Assembly: GCA_039815185.1 (NCBI GenBank)
Contig: JBCBZT010000005.1
Location: 64,001-128,000, forward strand
Source of the DNA: Cyanobacteria bacterium P01_A01_bin.123
GTDB taxonomy: Bacteria; Cyanobacteriota; Cyanobacteriia; Phormidesmidales; Phormidesmidaceae
Direction of reading: 5' to 3'
DNA length: 64,000 nucleotides
Position numbers and translations under genes: made by a program. Shown here in pieces: positions 58,981-64,000 of this stretch (its first letter is position 1; the number at the start of each line of letters is the position of its first letter). The notes under the pieces are model-generated. The model ran no database searches. It had not been told where the DNA came from and saw only the letters and a list, made by a program, of their open reading frames with translations.

Positions 58981-59012
58981 AACCGGATAATTCCTGATCC
59001 ACCTATCTAAAA

Positions 59013-59624
59013 CTAATCGCTATCCCAAACCTTAGCTAATCGCTGATCGCGACCGCAGCCAAATCGATAAACCTTATAGCGCACGGGGTGGGTTTCATAA
59101 TAGTTTTGATGATAGTCTTCCGCTTCGTAAAACGTGGTCGCAGGGCGAATTGTCGTGGCAATTTCTTGGTCAAACTTCAACGTTTCCAAATCTTGCTTGG
59201 ACTGCGCTGCGAGAGCTTGCTGCTGCTCATCGTGGTAAAAAATTGCCGATCGATACTGGCTCCCCTTATCGCAAAACTGACCCCGGTCATCCAAGGGATC
59301 AACATTGTGCCAAAACACATCTAGCAGTTGTTCGTAGCTGACCTTGTCTGGGTCATAAACCACTTGCATCGCCTCCACATGGCCCGTTGTTCCCGAAGAA
59401 ACTTGGTAGTAAGTTGGGTTTTCCTTGTCACCCCCCGTATATCCCGATGTTGTCGAGACAACGCCGTCGAGTTCGTCGAAGGGATGCTCCATGCACCAAA
59501 AACAGCCGCCTGCAAAGGTGGCTTTGGCTAGGGGGCTGTCAGCTTGGGCAAAGCCTGCTATGGAGGTAAGAGAAATGAGGCAAAGAACCAAAACGGAGAG
59601 GGCAATGGAGAAGAGTCTGGACAT
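59013..59624 (-). CDS. msrA: Peptide-methionine (S)-S-oxide reductase, exported
   Basis: FAGGCFWCME, SGYTGG, GH.EA, QYRSAIF, AEDYHQNYY; N-terminal signal peptide. Confidence 0.95.
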   Translation of the reverse strand: MSRLFSIALSVLVLCLISLTSIAGFAQADSPLAKATFAGGCFWCMEHPFDELDGVVSTTSGYTGGDKENPTYYQVSSGTTGHVEAMQVVYDPDKVSYEQLLDVFWHNVDPLDDRGQFCDKGSQYRSAIFYHDEQQQALAAQSKQDLETLKFDQEIATTIRPATTFYEAEDYHQNYYETHPVRYKVYRFGCGRDQRLAKVWDSD

Positions 59625-59794
59625 GAATTTAAGAACTAAGGGCGATCGCGATTGTATCTAAATCGTAACAATTTTTCCTCCCCAGAGTTTATAGTGCTGG
59701 CCAGCTTGCTGAATGCATCGAGTATCGCTGAGATGCCCAATACATAAGCAATCTGGCTTGCCGTAGCACCCAAAGCTTTGTGGGTACGGCGATA

Positions 59795-60979
59795 TTAAAG
59801 CCCTACTTTTGATGGCGATCGCGGGCGGGTACCCCACAGTATGGCCATCAGCGCGATCGCCATCAGCGGTAACCCCACCTGATTCACTGTCAGCCAGCTA
59901 AAGCGGTGGAATAAATGGCCGGAGAGAAAAGTAGTTAATGTGACAAAGCCAAACATCAAAAAGTCATGGGCGGCTTGGGTTTTAGCCTGCTCTGCCGGGG
60001 TATAAGCGGCTGTCAGCAGCGTGGTGGAGCCGACAAACATAAAATTCCAGCCGATGCCGAGTAGCAGTAAGGCGATCGCGAAATGCTCAAAACTCAGGCC
60101 CAATAGGTTAGTCCCTAAAGCCAGCAGGTTTAGCAAAATCCCAACCAGGATAATCGGAATGACGCCAAAATATCGAATTAAAGACCCAGTCAAAAAGGAG
60201 GGCGCAAACATACCCAACACGTGCCACTGAATCACCGATGCAGTAGCCCCAAAGGAATGAGGCACAGCTTGCATCGCTAAAGGGGTTGCCGTCATCACCA
60301 GCGTCATCACGCCATAGCCAATCATGCTGCCGATCACCGCCACCAAAAATACGGGTTGACCCATGATTGTCAGCAGCGATCGCCCCGTGTCTTGATTTTC
60401 TTGCACGAGGGGGGGCGGGGTTTGAATCAGCACCAAACAGACCACCGTCAGTAACTGGAGCCCCAAAATCGCCACCAGCGACCCAACATATAGCGTCGAG
60501 TCAAACCAGGTTTGGGAAACTCGGGCTAGCCAAGGGGCGGCGATCGCGGCAATGGTGCCCCCCGCCACCACCCAAGAAATCGCCTGGGCACGGAAAGCTT
60601 CGGTTGCCGCGTCGGCAGCGGCAAAGCGGTAGTAGCCCACAAACCCGTTGAATGCCCCCAAGAGCGCGATCGCCAGACAAAACAACCCAAAGCTCTGTTG
60701 CTGCACCGAGGCGATCCCCAACCCAGCACCCACTACCCCCAAGCCCGAGCCAATCAAAAAGCCCTGTTGCCGCCCTAAGCGCCGCATGAATAGGGCCGCT
60801 GGGATGGTTAGGGCCATGGTTGCCACCTGCCGCAGGGTCAGCGGCAACGTCGCCAAAGATTTGTCTTCAGCCAAACCAAAGCCAATCAGCGCCGCTGTGG
60901 TGATCAAAATTGTGTTGCTTGACATCGCCAGGGCTTGGCATAGGGCCAAAAGAGCTACGTTTCGTCGGGCCAGGGACAT
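59795..60979 (-). CDS. MFS transporter
   Basis: 12 TM helices, YRFAAAD, IQWHVLGMFAPSF.TG.LI, LLG.GWNF.F. Confidence 0.9.
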   Translation of the reverse strand: MSLARRNVALLALCQALAMSSNTILITTAALIGFGLAEDKSLATLPLTLRQVATMALTIPAALFMRRLGRQQGFLIGSGLGVVGAGLGIASVQQQSFGLFCLAIALLGAFNGFVGYYRFAAADAATEAFRAQAISWVVAGGTIAAIAAPWLARVSQTWFDSTLYVGSLVAILGLQLLTVVCLVLIQTPPPLVQENQDTGRSLLTIMGQPVFLVAVIGSMIGYGVMTLVMTATPLAMQAVPHSFGATASVIQWHVLGMFAPSFLTGSLIRYFGVIPIILVGILLNLLALGTNLLGLSFEHFAIALLLLGIGWNFMFVGSTTLLTAAYTPAEQAKTQAAHDFLMFGFVTLTTFLSGHLFHRFSWLTVNQVGLPLMAIALMAILWGTRPRSPSKVGL

Positions 60980-61160
60980 AGGTATCGATTTGGGATTCTG
61001 GGCTTTGTTGTGAGTTCGGTTGTTTGAGTGCCCTGCAAATTACCCGTGGGGGTAATGTCAGTGGCCCCATCTGCCAAACACAATGGGGGCAAGTATAACC
61101 CCCGTCGATAACCAGAATCTATCGCTTTTTCCGATTTGCTCCATTGTGTTCCTGAATACT

Positions 61161-61826
61161 ATGACGCTTTCCCTGATCAACGTTACCCGCTACTACCAAG
61201 GCAAATCCCATCAAGATCAAGCACTGACTTATCTGCAACAGCAGCTTGAAGCCACCCAGCCCAATTTACTGGCCGATAATTCAGAATTTGCTCGACGCTG
61301 GCGCAACCTCAACCCGGTATCGCCCGACCGTTTGATCTCAGCAGAAGGCATTGGTTTGGCTCAGCTGGGTATGACCTACGGCGCGTTCAAACAGCAATTG
61401 GGCGAGGCGATAACTTTCCAGGTGCGATCGCCCTTTATCGTCGATTTCGACGCGATCGCTGTCGTTCTAGATGGCCAAGACCTCTTCTACATCCTCTATC
61501 CAGCCAGCACCACCCTAACCGACGTCGATACCCTTGAAAGCCTAGTCACCGAAAATCCGAACTTCCGCACCGCCGCAGGGGTCGGTCCCGGCGTTTTGCT
61601 GCAGCAAGGTGTCCAAGCTTATGGTGCGCCTAGCTTTAGCTATAGCCTAGCCAACGAATCCCGCGAGTTTGTTAAATTTGCCAATCAACCTTCTCCCCGC
61701 ATTGGCTTTAGCCCAGTTGCTCCCTGCTATCAGTTTGCAGGCATCTACAGTGAACCCGTTCAAGAATTTAACCAAACCAATGCCTACCAGGCAAATACGT
61801 CGCTGTGTCGCGTTTGGGTGAGTTGA
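61161..61826 (+). CDS. Hypothetical protein
   Basis: Likely start ATG 61161; N-terminal L.NV..YY....HQ..AL..LQ...F...WR module, then ISAEGIG.A.LGMT domain. Confidence 0.65.
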   Translation: MTLSLINVTRYYQGKSHQDQALTYLQQQLEATQPNLLADNSEFARRWRNLNPVSPDRLISAEGIGLAQLGMTYGAFKQQLGEAITFQVRSPFIVDFDAIAVVLDGQDLFYILYPASTTLTDVDTLESLVTENPNFRTAAGVGPGVLLQQGVQAYGAPSFSYSLANESREFVKFANQPSPRIGFSPVAPCYQFAGIYSEPVQEFNQTNAYQANTSLCRVWVS

Positions 61827-61832
61827 GAGGCA

Positions 61833-61958
61833 GTGATGGGGTGATGGCGTAATCGGGTGATGGGGAAGGTGGGGTAGAATCGTTGGCGAATTCCTCCCCA
61901 CCTTCCCCATCTGTTCCACCTCAACTACTCCCTCACTCCCCCAACTCCCCGCTCCCCT
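61833..61958. repeat. STRR-like G-rich then C-rich short repeats between convergent genes
   Basis: GTGATGGG-like units followed by CTCCCC(A)-like units; the two sets are mutually complementary. Confidence 0.6.
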
Positions 61959-62100
61959 GCGATCGCCGCCGTCGACATCGATCAGAACAATACTTCACCT
62001 CATCCCAACAGTCGGCCCATTTTTTTCGCCAGGTGAAGGGACGTTGGCAAACGGGGCACTGCTTGGTGGGTAAGTCAGATTTGGAACGTTGGCGTGCCAT
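61933..62100 (-). CDS. DUF2256 family zinc-binding small protein (absent from ORF track, 55 aa)
   Basis: MARQRSKSDLPTKQCPVCQRPFTWRKKWADCWDEVKYCSDRCRRRRSQGSGELGE*. Confidence 0.9.
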   Translation of the reverse strand: MARQRSKSDLPTKQCPVCQRPFTWRKKWADCWDEVKYCSDRCRRRRSQGSGELGE

Positions 62101-62158
62101 AGATTAGGGTGGAGTGGGTTAAGTTAACAAACCTCTTAAGATTATCCCTTCAAAGCCT

Positions 62159-63013
62159 ATGGCTGGATTGCTAGATCACATTCGGATTGTGTTGGTTGAA
62201 CCAGCAGGGGCGTTGAATGTGGGATCTATTGCTCGGGTGATGGCCAATATGGGGTTGTCGCGATTGGTGCTGGTCAATTCCCACTGTGATCCCTTGGGAG
62301 AGGAGGCATTGCGGATGGCCGTTCATGCCGATGGGGTGCTGCATCAGGCGCAGCAGGTGGCTGACTTATCGACGGCGTTGGTCGGGTGTCAGCGAGCGAT
62401 CGCGACCACAGCTCGCCCCCGCGCTGACATGCCCTTAGAAACCCCAGAAGCCGCGCTTCCCTGGCTGCTCAATTCTGATTCGGATGTGCCTTTAGAAACG
62501 GCCTTGATCTTCGGGCCTGAAGATCGGGGGCTAAGCAATGGCGAACTCAACTATGCCCAGCGTTACGTAATGATTCCCGCAAATCCAGCCTATCCGTCGC
62601 TCAATTTGGCCCAGGCGGTGGCAGTGTGTGGTTATGTGTTGCGCCATTGTGCTGATGCGGGTGGGGGGGCTGCAAAATTAGCCCAGATCAGGCATGCTGT
62701 AAGTAGTACATGCACTCTGCCAAATTCCCAGGCGGCTCCAACAGCCCCTAGCCAGACTGTCCTGACGGCTCCCATTGATCAAATTGACGGATATTTCCAA
62801 CATTTAGAAGCCGTTTTGCTCAAAATCGGCTATCTTTACCCCCATACCGCTTCGAGTCGCCTGGAAAAGCTGCGGCGACTTCTGTACAGAGCTGAACCCT
62901 CTGAACAAGAAGTCTCAATGTTGCGTGGCATTCTACGACAGGTAGAATGGGCACTCGATAGGGCTTCATCAGTGGCTGTCGATACTGTTGATGAGGCTGA
63001 AACCGGGGGTTAG
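62159..63013 (+). CDS. trmJ: TrmJ/LasT-family SPOUT RNA methyltransferase
   Basis: IRIVLVEP...NVGSIARVM.NMG, ATTAR, ALIFGPEDRGLSN.EL, YPSLNLAQAV, LRGILRQ. Confidence 0.88.
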   Translation: MAGLLDHIRIVLVEPAGALNVGSIARVMANMGLSRLVLVNSHCDPLGEEALRMAVHADGVLHQAQQVADLSTALVGCQRAIATTARPRADMPLETPEAALPWLLNSDSDVPLETALIFGPEDRGLSNGELNYAQRYVMIPANPAYPSLNLAQAVAVCGYVLRHCADAGGGAAKLAQIRHAVSSTCTLPNSQAAPTAPSQTVLTAPIDQIDGYFQHLEAVLLKIGYLYPHTASSRLEKLRRLLYRAEPSEQEVSMLRGILRQVEWALDRASSVAVDTVDEAETGG

Positions 63014-63058
63014 CCCAACGGTTTACCTTGACAATTGTTATTCCATAAGGTTGCTCTT

Positions 63059-64000
63059 ATGTCGGATTACGGCGATGGCCCCCTAAGGCCGGTCTCTGAC
63101 CATCGTGCCCAAGGCATGCGCCCTTCTAGATCCCCTTCGGTTCCTCCCCTGCCGAGATCACAATCGGCATCATCTCCCTATAGTGGCGATTCTCATCCCT
63201 ATAGTGGCGATTCTCAACAGTCCTCTGGTACAGGGTCTGAGTTTGGCGCGAGTCGCTACGATCAAGCCTATGCAGCCCACCAGAGAAATAGTCAGGGAAC
63301 CCAACCCAGTCGGCCCCCCGGGACGAATTCCAATTACGGGTTAACCCCAGATCAAGGTGCACCTCCCCCTACTGCACCGCCTAAAGTGCCCGTCAGACGC
63401 GCCAAAGATTATCCGCGTTCTTCTAGGCAAACTGCAGGGGCATCTGGCTTCAGTCTGAGGCGATGGTTAGCAGGCGGCAAGCCGACCCAGCGCCCCAGAC
63501 GCTCTGAACCCCGCGATTCAAGTCGCCTGGGGCATGATGGTCAGAGACCGGATCCAGAAGGACATCTTCACGGGCGCGATGGCCAGAGGGCAGCCCAGGG
63601 AAGCTATCGCGTTAATTCAATGCGCCAAAGCCCCCCTGCGGTTGTCCCACCCCGGCGACAACTCAAAGTTCCAGCGGCCCCCCAAAGCGATCCAAACAGC
63701 GGTATTCAACCGGCAACTTCGTTTGATCTCTCCTCAACTGGGACGCGAGTGGGGCTCGCTAATGGTTCCCCATCCCCCCAGACCCAAGGGAATGGCAATT
63801 ACTATCAAGATCCCCGCTATGGTGATCCATATCGGCAAAGCCAATCCCCTCAATACCCATCCCCATATTCGCCTGCACCCACGGCTCAACCGTCACCCAA
63901 TCGCCATCGGCATTTGTCGCCTCAGCCACCTGCACTCCAGTCACCTACATCCCAGGCATCTGCACCCCAGGCACCCCAATTTCAGAACAAAGTAACGCCC
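63059..64000 (+). CDS. 5' part of a protein with a long Pro/Ser/Gln-rich disordered N-terminus; runs off the window edge (absent from ORF track)
   Basis: Manual translation from ATG 63059 (MSDYGDGPLRPVSDHRAQG...) is open for 314 codons to the edge; contains a 21-bp duplication (PYSGDSH/PYSGDSQ, 63176-63217). Confidence 0.7.
   Translation, partial: MSDYGDGPLRPVSDHRAQGMRPSRSPSVPPLPRSQSASSPYSGDSHPYSGDSQQSSGTGSEFGASRYDQAYAAHQRNSQGTQPSRPPGTNSNYGLTPDQGAPPPTAPPKVPVRRAKDYPRSSRQTAGASGFSLRRWLAGGKPTQRPRRSEPRDSSRLGHDGQRPDPEGHLHGRDGQRAAQGSYRVNSMRQSPPAVVPPRRQLKVPAAPQSDPNSGIQPATSFDLSSTGTRVGLANGSPSPQTQGNGNYYQDPRYGDPYRQSQSPQYPSPYSPAPTAQPSPNRHRHLSPQPPALQSPTSQASAPQAPQFQNKVTP

Larger units (their letters stand above)
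330..62403. repeat. HIP1 octamer GCGATCGC dispersed through the window
   Basis: Dozens of copies seen (e.g. 330, 3128, 11304, 44281, 50206, 55394), with conspicuous gaps at about 3136-11303 and 44289-50205. Confidence 0.9.

Noticed and set aside
63105..63995. ORF-track entries in the last kb
   Set aside because: Alternative-frame shadows of the open frame starting at 63059.

Overview
Chromosomal DNA from a cyanobacterium, probably filamentous (inferred from dense HIP1 GCGATCGC octamers, STRR-type heptamer repeats and cyanobacterial gene families). Core genes (mnmE, lnt, ggt, cbiM/cbiQ/cbiO, msrA, a TrmJ-family methylase, an MFS transporter, a multidomain phytase) alternate with accessory blocks. 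The top candidate for an undescribed system is an AT-rich, HIP1-free island at about 4.3-10.5 kb. It encodes a cytoplasmic S8 subtilase, a translationally coupled NACHT NTPase whose N-terminal ~130 aa looks like a subtilase-prodomain (I9-like) module, an unknown 305-aa protein, and a convergent 119-aa stand-alone copy of that same module. This reads like an NLR/protease/effector/decoy conflict system. Other notable structure: a higB toxin reduced to fused N- and C-terminal stubs; a CapA-family protein that has lost its metal ligands; a Tes/GDGT-MAS-like radical SAM gene; a sigma-like cassette with a repeated GTCACA-N14-GACACAT motif; a ~13 kb sulfotransferase/glycosyltransferase cluster separating cbiQ from cbiO; and five Uma2 3'-end remnants arranged as direct repeats around accessory genes. 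No rRNA, tRNA, CRISPR array or intact transposase was recognised. All family assignments are by-eye motif recognition, not database results.
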